Positions 40,201 to 47,552 of a DNA stretch of 64,000 nt are shown piece after piece. The number at the start of each line of letters is the position of its first letter. Positions within the stretch are counted from its first letter, which is position 1. The position numbers and the translations under genes were made by a program. The notes beneath the pieces were generated by a model that did no database searches, was not told the DNA's origin, and worked only from the letters and a program-made list of their open reading frames with translations. The stretch is from Spirochaetia bacterium (GTDB taxonomy: Bacteria > Spirochaetota > Spirochaetia > UBA9216): positions 3,136,001 to 3,200,000 of the forward strand of contig OY776510.1 in assembly GCA_963675665.1 (NCBI GenBank), given 5' to 3'.

Positions 40201-41841
40201 GCTGTACCCGTCAGCCGACATGCTTAAAAGCAGCAGGCGTCCCGCCGAGTTTTGAGACAGAAGTTTTACCCCTCCGGAAATACCGGCATTCAATTGGTAT
40301 GCATCTGTCTGATTTTCATCGGAATTCGAAAAACTCAAACCTGCAGTTATACCGCCGTATCCGCTTGTTTCTTCCCCCGGAAGCGCATACGAATCCGAGA
40401 TGTTCCAGCGTACTCCGCCGTTAAGATATGCCGAAAGATGATCGGTAATTATGAAGCTGTTGGATGATGCAAAAAGAATATCGCCGCCCGTACTGCCGGA
40501 AGATTTTTTACGGTAGTAAATTTCAATCCGGTCTTCGGAGCCGGGCCGGGTATCAAAGGTAATAACACCGTTCGATTCAGTCCATGCAGAGGTCTCAATT
40601 TCGTTTATGTATATTCTAACGGTGCCGTCGACAGGATCGTCGATCGAATATGACGAGCTTTCTTCGCGTATTACAAAAAGAAGTTTACGGTCGTCATAGC
40701 TGCCGTAAACCGAAGAATCGAGGATGATAATTCCTTTATCCGGAATTATGTCGGATGCGAGTTCAATTCGTGAGGCTGATGAGGAGGCAGCATCCGTGAT
40801 ATAAACCTTTGTTCTCCAGTATTCATCCGGAAGAACGGTGCCGAGGTTATAAGCTGCTGAATTCTCAAAAGGAGACAATATCCCCGGTTCATAAAGCATC
40901 AGCATAGTGCCCTTGACTGAATTAATAATCCAACCGGGGTCAATTCCGCTCCAGTCCGGATCCTCCGCCAGAACAAGTAGTGCCCCGGGAGATTTTTCTT
41001 CCAGAACCAGACTCCCTGTAGACGGAGACCATGAATATTCCTGATCTGACAGCAGTGAATAATATCGGCCTTCATGAAGAAATGCCTGAGTGCCGTCGGA
41101 CCCTGACTCGATATAAAAAACAGAAGCGGAAGGGCTTCCGGGAACTTCAAAATAGCGGCCTTTTACATAGTCGGATAATTCCATTTCGATTTCCGTTACC
41201 GAATCGGAACCGATATAAACCTGGCGCTGCTCTTCTTCAGGGTCAAAACGGAATAGCAGTTCGTGTTCGGAGAACGGACTGCATAAAACTGAATGAATTC
41301 CGAATGAGGAAGGGCCTCCGCCCGGAACATGGAAATAATCATTCATTGGGACATCTTCAGACATGTTTATTCCCATATTGCCGACGGAAACGGACTGGAC
41401 GATTTCTCCCTCCTGTCCAATATATCCTAATCTGAAAGTCGAATCATCAAATTCATCGCTGAAAGCCGCTTCAAAAAGGTAGCGGTTTAAAATCAGAACT
41501 GAAGCTGTAAAATCAGGTGACTGGGAAAAAGCAAAACCGGAAGAAATACCGGGGTAGGTAAGCGCCGGATTAAACCCGGTATCAGACGTCCAGCCCGTGC
41601 CGAAAGATGCAGAAGTTTCAATTTTCCAGCTTCCTGTGAAAAACATCTGTACATCTTCGCTGTCCTGTCGGGCTTCGAGAAAAGCGGAAGGGCTTTCCTC
41701 TTCCGGCAGGAGCGGTTCATCCGCGGAAAATGCCTGTTTCGGGAATAGAATAAAAATAATTAAAAACAACAGTGAAATATATTTGAAAGCATATTCGGTT
41801 GTCCGCAACATTAACGCAAAGTATATCCTGTTTTTATTCAT
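37228..41841 (-). CDS. Large outer-membrane protein with SprA/Sov-like motifs
   Basis: Signal peptide; beta-rich; terminal aromatic residue; collinear SprA-like motifs (see findings); SD GGGAG. Confidence 0.6.
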   Translation of the reverse strand: MNKNRIYFALMLRTTEYAFKYISLLFLIIFILFPKQAFSADEPLLPEEESPSAFLEARQDSEDVQMFFTGSWKIETSASFGTGWTSDTGFNPALTYPGISSGFAFSQSPDFTASVLILNRYLFEAAFSDEFDDSTFRLGYIGQEGEIVQSVSVGNMGINMSEDVPMNDYFHVPGGGPSSFGIHSVLCSPFSEHELLFRFDPEEEQRQVYIGSDSVTEIEMELSDYVKGRYFEVPGSPSASVFYIESGSDGTQAFLHEGRYYSLLSDQEYSWSPSTGSLVLEEKSPGALLVLAEDPDWSGIDPGWIINSVKGTMLMLYEPGILSPFENSAAYNLGTVLPDEYWRTKVYITDAASSSASRIELASDIIPDKGIIILDSSVYGSYDDRKLLFVIREESSSYSIDDPVDGTVRIYINEIETSAWTESNGVITFDTRPGSEDRIEIYYRKKSSGSTGGDILFASSNSFIITDHLSAYLNGGVRWNISDSYALPGEETSGYGGITAGLSFSNSDENQTDAYQLNAGISGGVKLLSQNSAGRLLLLSMSADGYSVPLNRNTVFPASASENIGLAPEDRGLLLYKDYRVPTSFGSYYLQDYTAEIDESMIFSPSDSSASGQLKAGPYTASAVTDSRSGEILAMDYILPESNSWAGVQIPLAYGSENPDLSASRALSFDCKTDSDLSNITLYIETGSLSEDLDDDGNLDAETSAYSSGYIFNDPNSESGTLIGGDNLEKSNGIEDSEDFNGNGFLDSEKTDASVLFSSSADFVKPGTGWKTVRLYLSDAARSRLGNAGFIRITAVNNGTGETSGRIMFDDFTFEGSVMYADPDIAVKPDFSEISEALIPAAETPSAALTADTLSAGESNKVLRIEWTDDWKIRTVIYPVPPTEYGKVTFHAYCPELTPSGAAPPLLIFNMVDSEGSGIKSKIPLGSGTAWNKIELLPGADGGTGTVLVNNVENTQAELTFDSDSGDLSFIETGTENASGGVLYLDEVSLSDPVLHTTAGVGGDIEISSSGPLLTAGNLEIIGPAALSASADYNTGVVNLYSKISSEILGTSVSADCNLKDAGGVNLLAAGHTIDIPVVGSYLHLCDSFRTESASGGDFSKTGSLRLNAGVFSGTPAEFSTADNEGNLLRKWSSDITMSTTLFSLDAGYKMLLSDSTSSFDWNNYFSGWADATALAVNFTPFQLEQRKIEIQLSPAILTIPVGFEFGIKTNSDINDENTKTDSAEISAGFPVSISTSGGTISARLEFSRSADFTHTTESSGFTDDISDMFYLLSRRDYLYTSIPGCELFDPALPETVFDDCTAAEIDQAKLNNSIRAEFSRNYSSRLIDLLVPFSVSTGLERNSLKDYDDLEDSLDFDLVWRSAALNLFGAAGVYSFFDFYFSDEFNWSVEAALADPFSESILQKYIFSTGCSFFGHEEQILSVDSSFFLPVGYEDLQSEFKTDLIYVRTEHPATPFNLPLFDSEEENFQLIIHEEKLSVDVEASISTEFRHTTSLVLPRIFTLSAFGLFGVEYNNVSENKTLLYGLSLGLTGSIIY

Positions 41842-41893
41842 TTTACTCCCACATTATTGATTTTTTGGCACATTTGGACGAGAATGAAACCAA

Positions 41894-42829
41894 ATGGATA
41901 TTAATGAAACAGACAAATTGAAGGCGGCTGCGTTTATACAGAGATTGATGGCTAATCCTGCCCTTAAAAGTTTTTCACCGCTGCAGCGGGAAGAACAGAT
42001 ACTTCAGTTTCTTACCGTAAATGCATCACAACTTTATCCCACCCTGTCATCCGGCTCTTTTTTTGCAGGCAAAAACTGGGAATCGATATGCAGAATACTG
42101 TTCAATGTTCTTTATGAAACAATAAACAAGGAAGTAGTTCCCGAGGCAGGATTACTGATCAACAGGCTTGATTTTACTTTCTTTACTTTTCTCAGGCAGG
42201 CTAATATCGATGAAGGCAGCGCCAAGCAGACTGTAATAAGCCTGATTGAAAAGATGTTGGCCAATGAACAGGCAAGAAGAATTCTGGCCGGATCTCTGGC
42301 TGCAATCACCAACAATATTGTAAAAAAATATATTGCTGAAATTTATCAACGGCGCAAATACGTTCATTTTGAAATTATGAAAGTAGAACGTCTTAAGATT
42401 GGAGAGAAAGAAGCGGAAAATATGATTTCGCTGGTTATGCTTCTTAAACCGCTTGTTTATCTGTTTGCTCCGCAGGGGCAGTCTGTAAAAAATACCGCTA
42501 ACGGACAGCTTTTTCCTGTTCATTTTACGGCAAATATTGCGCAGAACCTTGCACAGAAAACACCGGCTATTCCGGAAAAAGTTTTTTTAAGCGCCATGAA
42601 TTCCAATTCGTCATTTGCCGACTACAATAAACTTGAAGCAACAGCAAGGATGGGGAATGTTCTTGTTTCAATGTGCCGGAATTACAAACCTGAAGCAAAG
42701 AAAGACCGGGGCGCAGATACTGCGATAAAAAGCTGGATAAATGTTGCCAGAAAGAATTACAAATTTTATGGATATGATATAAAAATGCTGGATGAACTTT
42801 ATAATATAGCTGCAGATAACGGATGGTAG
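41894..42829 (+). CDS. Hypothetical cytoplasmic alpha-helical protein
   Basis: 311-aa ORF with no TM; conserved-looking C-terminus DRGADT...SW..VAR.NYKFYG.D..ML.ELY.IA..NGW. Confidence 0.75.
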   Translation: MDINETDKLKAAAFIQRLMANPALKSFSPLQREEQILQFLTVNASQLYPTLSSGSFFAGKNWESICRILFNVLYETINKEVVPEAGLLINRLDFTFFTFLRQANIDEGSAKQTVISLIEKMLANEQARRILAGSLAAITNNIVKKYIAEIYQRRKYVHFEIMKVERLKIGEKEAENMISLVMLLKPLVYLFAPQGQSVKNTANGQLFPVHFTANIAQNLAQKTPAIPEKVFLSAMNSNSSFADYNKLEATARMGNVLVSMCRNYKPEAKKDRGADTAIKSWINVARKNYKFYGYDIKMLDELYNIAADNGW

Positions 42830-42836
42830 GGGCGAA

Positions 42837-43934
42837 ATGGAAAAGAAGAATAACGAAATTATAGAGAATATTGTTATGGCCGCGATTTTTCTTGTTCTTG
42901 TACAGACTTTCCTGGAAGATCTTGCGGTTGTTGCCGGATGGACCTGGACCGTTAGAAAAACTCTTGTTTTAACGGGGTTCTGTTTTGATCTTTTTTTCAC
43001 AATCGAATTTCTTTCCAGATTATACCGAGCTGTAGAAAGAGGAAACGTCAGGGAATATCTGATATTAAAAAGAGGATGGATAGATCTGCTTGCTTCAATA
43101 CCGCTGCTTCTGCTTAATTCGGGACCTTCGGCACTGGCTGTTATTCTCGGCGGAGGAGCAATCAGCGGAGCGGCCGGTATCCTGAATGTTCTGAAGGTAA
43201 TTAAGGCAGTACGGATTGCCAGAATTCTAAGACTTTTGAGAGTGTTAAAAATCTTCAGACAGATAAAAAATACTGAGTCTGTTATGGCCCAGAGGCATGT
43301 AACTATGGTTACTACCATGGGTGTTTCGGTTTTTGTTTTTGTTCTGCTGATTGCGTCGGTATTCACCCAAATGCTTCCTGTAACAACGGTTGAAAAAGAA
43401 AATGAGAAAAAGGTTATTGAAATAATGATGGCATGGGCCGAAGGAGATGAATCGGCTGCCGTGAATTACTCGGATCTGCTGATTGTTAAAAAAGACGGTG
43501 AAACTGTTTTTTCACGTTATGATAATGAGTATTATACGGAAAACTTCGGTTACAGTGATTACCTGTATTCGGAATATCTCGGAAATGAATATTTTTTCGA
43601 TTTAAGAGGTACATCCGGGATCCAGTCAATGAACAATCTGATTTATTTCATCATCATTCTTGTACTTGTAATGGCCTTTACTTTTATATACAGTCCGCAT
43701 TTCGCAATGACCGTCAGCGATCCAATTCATGTAATGCGGAGAGGCTTTGATGAGAATTCATATAACTATGAAGTCAGGATTATCAGGGAGTATGAAAACG
43801 ACGATATTTTCCGGCTGGCTGAAGGGTATAACGACACTTATCTTCCGATGAAGGACCGTAACCAGGCTGAAAACGGTGAAATTGATGCGGATTCGCTTGA
43901 ACTTAAAATGGATGATATCCAGAACATGTTCTGA
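42837..43934 (+). CDS. Ion_trans-type voltage-sensor membrane protein with HAMP-like tail
   Basis: S2 FDLFFTIEFLSR, S3 WIDLLASIP, S4 with K/R at every third residue, two more TMs, then SDPI..M....DDIFRLAEGYN. Confidence 0.8.
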   Translation: MEKKNNEIIENIVMAAIFLVLVQTFLEDLAVVAGWTWTVRKTLVLTGFCFDLFFTIEFLSRLYRAVERGNVREYLILKRGWIDLLASIPLLLLNSGPSALAVILGGGAISGAAGILNVLKVIKAVRIARILRLLRVLKIFRQIKNTESVMAQRHVTMVTTMGVSVFVFVLLIASVFTQMLPVTTVEKENEKKVIEIMMAWAEGDESAAVNYSDLLIVKKDGETVFSRYDNEYYTENFGYSDYLYSEYLGNEYFFDLRGTSGIQSMNNLIYFIIILVLVMAFTFIYSPHFAMTVSDPIHVMRRGFDENSYNYEVRIIREYENDDIFRLAEGYNDTYLPMKDRNQAENGEIDADSLELKMDDIQNMF

Positions 43935-44221
43935 TGATTGTTTCCATGATACAATTTGTTTTTGAACTTCCTGAAGTCGAAAACATAAAAGATAAAAGAC
44001 GAATTGTAAAATCCTTCCGTGATAAACTAATCAAGAAATTTCATGTTACTGCTGCAGAAGTAGATCTTCAGGATTCTTTGAGATTTACACAGATTGGTGC
44101 AGCATTGGTTTCAAATTCAAAAATCTACGGCGAGTCCGTAATGCAGAAGATCCTGAAATTTGCTGAAGATGAAGTGCCGGGGCGCCTTCATGATGTCGAG
44201 ATTTATTCGGAAAGTTATTGA
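43934..44221 (+). CDS. DUF503 (YlxP-like) family protein
   Basis: KDKRRIVKS..DKL..KF.V.AAEV..QD......IG.A.VSNS pattern. Confidence 0.88.
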   Translation: MIVSMIQFVFELPEVENIKDKRRIVKSFRDKLIKKFHVTAAEVDLQDSLRFTQIGAALVSNSKIYGESVMQKILKFAEDEVPGRLHDVEIYSESY

Positions 44222-44260
44222 GCCGCTTTCAAAACTCTCCGGGTTTTGAAAGAGCCTCAA
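44218..44260. repeat. Palindromic REP-like repeat / bidirectional terminator
   Basis: TTGAGCCGCTTTCAAAACTC-tcc-GGGTTTTGAAAGAGCCTCAA; reverse complement of the right arm matches 24327-24346 at 19/20. Confidence 0.75.
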
Positions 44261-44261
44261 T

Positions 44262-44972
44262 TTAATCCGGAATTATTTCTTCAGGATCGTCAATGTTAAA
44301 AAGATAAATGGATTCAACTTTAAAAATTCTGTCGACTTCCATTGAATTGATAAACTTGTCATCAGCCTTAAGTTCAAAATCAAGAAAATGCTTAACAGGC
44401 TTGTAACCTGAGGCGGAAAGAGAAAGTTCAAATGAAAAAGATTTTTGCTCGCCAATCTTTTCAGCTTTTATCGGTAAGGGCCAGAACAGAAAATTGCCGT
44501 CGGTTTCCGCAATCAGCTCGCAGGGATTGTTCCAGCGGAGGCCATTCATCTTTACGAGTTCTCCGTTCATTTTCAGGGAGATTGACGATCCGCTGTACGG
44601 CGCAAATGTTTTGCCGTCGACAACCTTGCCCTTTATAATGGGAAAGTTGAAAATAGGAGGTTCAGGCAGGTTAGAGGTTGTTTCGGAGGCGACGGGGCGC
44701 AGGTGTGTGCCTACCTGCCTGATGCCTTCGTTCACCAGGGCGGTAATATCCGCAATGCTCTGGGGTTCGTCAATAAATGTTTTGCCAAGATGGGCAAGAC
44801 CCCGGGACGAGGTGGTATAGATGGGCTGAATTCGGTTAAGAACGTAACAGACTACATCCGTCCGGCATGCATCTGAATTATTACAGCCTGTACGTTCTAT
44901 GAAAACTTTATCAGAGAAGATATCATCAACGACATCAATTACCATTTTTTCCATCAGATTATGAATTTCCAT
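44262..44972 (-). CDS. ComFB family protein with C-terminal beta-sandwich domain
   Basis: HNLME..V...V....C...CRTDV.CYVLNRI.P.Y..S.RG motif. Confidence 0.88.
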   Translation of the reverse strand: MEIHNLMEKMVIDVVDDIFSDKVFIERTGCNNSDACRTDVVCYVLNRIQPIYTTSSRGLAHLGKTFIDEPQSIADITALVNEGIRQVGTHLRPVASETTSNLPEPPIFNFPIIKGKVVDGKTFAPYSGSSISLKMNGELVKMNGLRWNNPCELIAETDGNFLFWPLPIKAEKIGEQKSFSFELSLSASGYKPVKHFLDFELKADDKFINSMEVDRIFKVESIYLFNIDDPEEIIPD

Positions 44973-45411
44973 CTAAATCCTCCTTGTCTCCGGAGTTTAT
45001 TTCTATAATTTCTTTTATGTCTTCAACACAGTAAAGAAAGTCTTTAATCGTTTCCTTTAAAGAATAGTAGTTAAGACCGGCAAAGTAAACCTTTGAGAAA
45101 ACGGAAAAGTTAAAATCGTCAAATTTCTGAATATTCATATAGCAGCCGTATTCGTAACAGATTTTAAGCATTTCCTCCAGCCGCTCCTGTATAAATGAAG
45201 CCATTCTGGGAGAAAAAGAGAAGGTAAAAGCAATTTCAAGAAACTTGCTGTCGTCGTCAATAAAGAAACCGCCGCAGAATTCGGAGTCTTTTTCAAAACC
45301 CGATGAGTATGTATTTTCGCTCATATCGCCTTCCGTCATCTCATACCCGAGTTCCCTGAAAAGAACTGTAACTCTTCTGATTCTTTCTTTCATCAATTTG
45401 GTGTATTTCAT
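44959..45411 (-). CDS. Hypothetical protein (possibly YbjN/T3SS-chaperone-like fold)
   Basis: 150-aa acidic alpha/beta ORF with SD GGGG; overlaps the ComFB start. Confidence 0.7.
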   Translation of the reverse strand: MKYTKLMKERIRRVTVLFRELGYEMTEGDMSENTYSSGFEKDSEFCGGFFIDDDSKFLEIAFTFSFSPRMASFIQERLEEMLKICYEYGCYMNIQKFDDFNFSVFSKVYFAGLNYYSLKETIKDFLYCVEDIKEIIEINSGDKEDLDGNS

Positions 45412-45554
45412 CTGATTCCCCTATTGTTAATGTATTATTTAATCCGCTGAATGTCGAGCAAAAATCGAAAGTCAGGGATATCTAAATTCAGTTTATACTC
45501 TGCGAAAGAGAGTTCGACTTGTTTGGTAATTTAAAATTTGAAAAATTGAGTTTT

Positions 45555-46310
45555 TTATAAATCATTAAAATCGTCTTTTTCATTCCAGAAAGCGTTATAA
45601 ATATGTTCCCGGGTCAGCTTGTCGATATGGCTCAGGTTGCTGACTATCGGTTTGACCCGGCTTCTAATATTGGTATCGTTATATGGACACGGCGACTTGC
45701 AGACAGGAAACCCGAGGTTGTCGGAAAGTCTCTCAACCGCGCTTTCTCTCACTTCACACATCGGCCTGATTATGTGAAGCTTTCCCTTAAAAAACTCCTG
45801 CATCGGCAGCATTGTTGTAAAACGGCTTCTGAAACAGAGGTTTATCAGGGCTGTTTCAATTATATCATCAAGATGATGGCCGAGCGCTATTTTGGAATAT
45901 CCTTTTTCTTCAGCGATATCAAAAAGAACCTTTTTACGGTTTCTAGAGCACAGGTAACAGTTGAAATTATCGCTGTAACTTCCCGGAAACATCTTTACAT
46001 CAACAGTCTGCAAAGGGATTCCAAGAATGTCAAAGAAATCATGTAAATTTTTTAGCTGCATGGATGTAACGGGATATTCAATCCAGTTTATATGAACCGC
46101 AAAAAGTTCATAATCAATTGGCAGCCAGCGTTTGCGAAGTGCAAGAGCAAAAGCAAGCGCGAGAGAATCCTTGCCGCCTGATATGCCGAGAAGCACTTTG
46201 TCGTTTTTCTGAATCATGTTAAAGCGGTTGATTCCCTTGCCGGTCTGTTTAACAAAACGCATAACCCACGGGGGAATACTGCCGTTTATTATTTCAGCTG
46301 TTTTTGTCAT
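45555..46310 (-). CDS. ttcA: tRNA 2-thiocytidine biosynthesis TtcA family protein
   Basis: PP-loop SGGKDS, CYLCSR, ALGHHLDD and IIRP motifs. Confidence 0.85.
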   Translation of the reverse strand: MTKTAEIINGSIPPWVMRFVKQTGKGINRFNMIQKNDKVLLGISGGKDSLALAFALALRKRWLPIDYELFAVHINWIEYPVTSMQLKNLHDFFDILGIPLQTVDVKMFPGSYSDNFNCYLCSRNRKKVLFDIAEEKGYSKIALGHHLDDIIETALINLCFRSRFTTMLPMQEFFKGKLHIIRPMCEVRESAVERLSDNLGFPVCKSPCPYNDTNIRSRVKPIVSNLSHIDKLTREHIYNAFWNEKDDFNDL

Positions 46311-47545
46311 GGCACAAGAAAATCCAGTGGCGCCTTAAAAAGAGAAGTATCCTGCCCGGGCACATAAAGTCTTATCTTTCTAAGCGATGAAGTGAAGCTT
46401 TTTATTACAGGACCGGAAAATACCGATTCAGAATCGATATAGGGTGTTCTGCGGGATTCAGAAACAACAGGAAGATTAACTTCAAATGAAATCGGCTCCG
46501 GAATATCTATGATAAGATCGCTGCAGCCAAATTCTGAAGAATGCTGTTTTTCGAAAGAAACCCGTTCGTCAAGATTGCAGAGCCTGATATGAAGAGGATT
46601 ATCGTCAGAAAACGGAACTTCGTACACGCATTTATAGAGATTTCGGGTATTCACCATTTCGATCAATTTCATCACAGGATGAGAATCTCCGGTGTAACGT
46701 GAAAAGAACTCATTATCATCAAGTCCGTAAAGATCTTCTTTCCGGATAAATCCTTCCAAAAGGCCGGTGATAACAGCCTTCTTTATCATTGCTGTAGCTA
46801 TTCTGACGGTCTTATGCCAGTAAACAGTTTTATACATCAAATACTTTGAGAAAAGAATATTCTCAACGGCAGTAATACCCTGATTATTTATTCCGATACC
46901 ATGCTCGGTCGGGACTATCTTTGAGATGGCATAATCAGTGTCCTGAATACCGTAGGGTACTCCGCAAAAAAAAGCGTCGCGGTTCAGATAGTCAAGTTTA
47001 TCGGGGTCGAGAACTCCGGAAAGTATGTTTCTGAAAAAAATAATCTGAGCATCGTTGTTATGAGGCATTTCAAAGTTTACTATTGCGGCAGCCGTTTCTG
47101 CCGAAGCCCCGACTTCCTTTTCGATACAGCTTTTCAACGGTTCCTGCAAAATAAGTTCCCCGGTTATCACTTCATGGTCCTTTAACGGAAGTTCCTTCAG
47201 CGAATGTGCATAAGGAAAATGTCCCAGGTCATGAAGGATTGACGCACAGAGAAAGGATTTTACGCCGGTTTCAGTCAGCGGTATACAGTCAGGATGGTTG
47301 ATAAGCCTGCTTATTATTCTCTTTGAAAGGTGAAAAACTCCAAGACTGTGACTCAGCCGGGTATGGGTGGCCCCGGGATAAACATGATAAGACGGCCCAA
47401 GCTGTTTGATCCCGGCAAGTCGCTGAAAGGGTTCAAGACTAATAAGCTTTTTAAACCCTTTGGAAAGAAAGATATTCTGCCAGAGCGGGTCCCGAACAGG
47501 TTCGGTATAATCGTTATTAAGATGTTTTAATATGCTTTCTTTCAA
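46307..47545 (-). CDS. HD-domain phosphohydrolase (SAMHD1-like dNTPase family)
   Basis: QRL..IKQLG, YPGATHTR..HSLGV, LHDLGH.P..H, D.DKLDYL.RD and VYWHK motifs. Confidence 0.9.
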   Translation of the reverse strand: MKESILKHLNNDYTEPVRDPLWQNIFLSKGFKKLISLEPFQRLAGIKQLGPSYHVYPGATHTRLSHSLGVFHLSKRIISRLINHPDCIPLTETGVKSFLCASILHDLGHFPYAHSLKELPLKDHEVITGELILQEPLKSCIEKEVGASAETAAAIVNFEMPHNNDAQIIFFRNILSGVLDPDKLDYLNRDAFFCGVPYGIQDTDYAISKIVPTEHGIGINNQGITAVENILFSKYLMYKTVYWHKTVRIATAMIKKAVITGLLEGFIRKEDLYGLDDNEFFSRYTGDSHPVMKLIEMVNTRNLYKCVYEVPFSDDNPLHIRLCNLDERVSFEKQHSSEFGCSDLIIDIPEPISFEVNLPVVSESRRTPYIDSESVFSGPVIKSFTSSLRKIRLYVPGQDTSLFKAPLDFLVP

Positions 47546-47552
47546 CTCAATA

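Noticed and set aside
43530-43565. ENFGYSD as a K+ channel selectivity filter
   Set aside because: No TxGYG consensus or hydrophobic pore helix; it lies in a hydrophilic loop
45445-45520. GCAAA...CGAAAG...GGA...CTAAA segment resembling a c-di-GMP-I riboswitch near comFB
   Set aside because: Wrong strand for the downstream genes, and the P2 stem does not pair; only a small GAAA hairpin is supportable (an Rfam scan would settle it)
46307-47545. Antiphage dNTP-depletion system
   Set aside because: An ordinary HD family gene in an aconitase-HD-ttcA housekeeping run; no defence context
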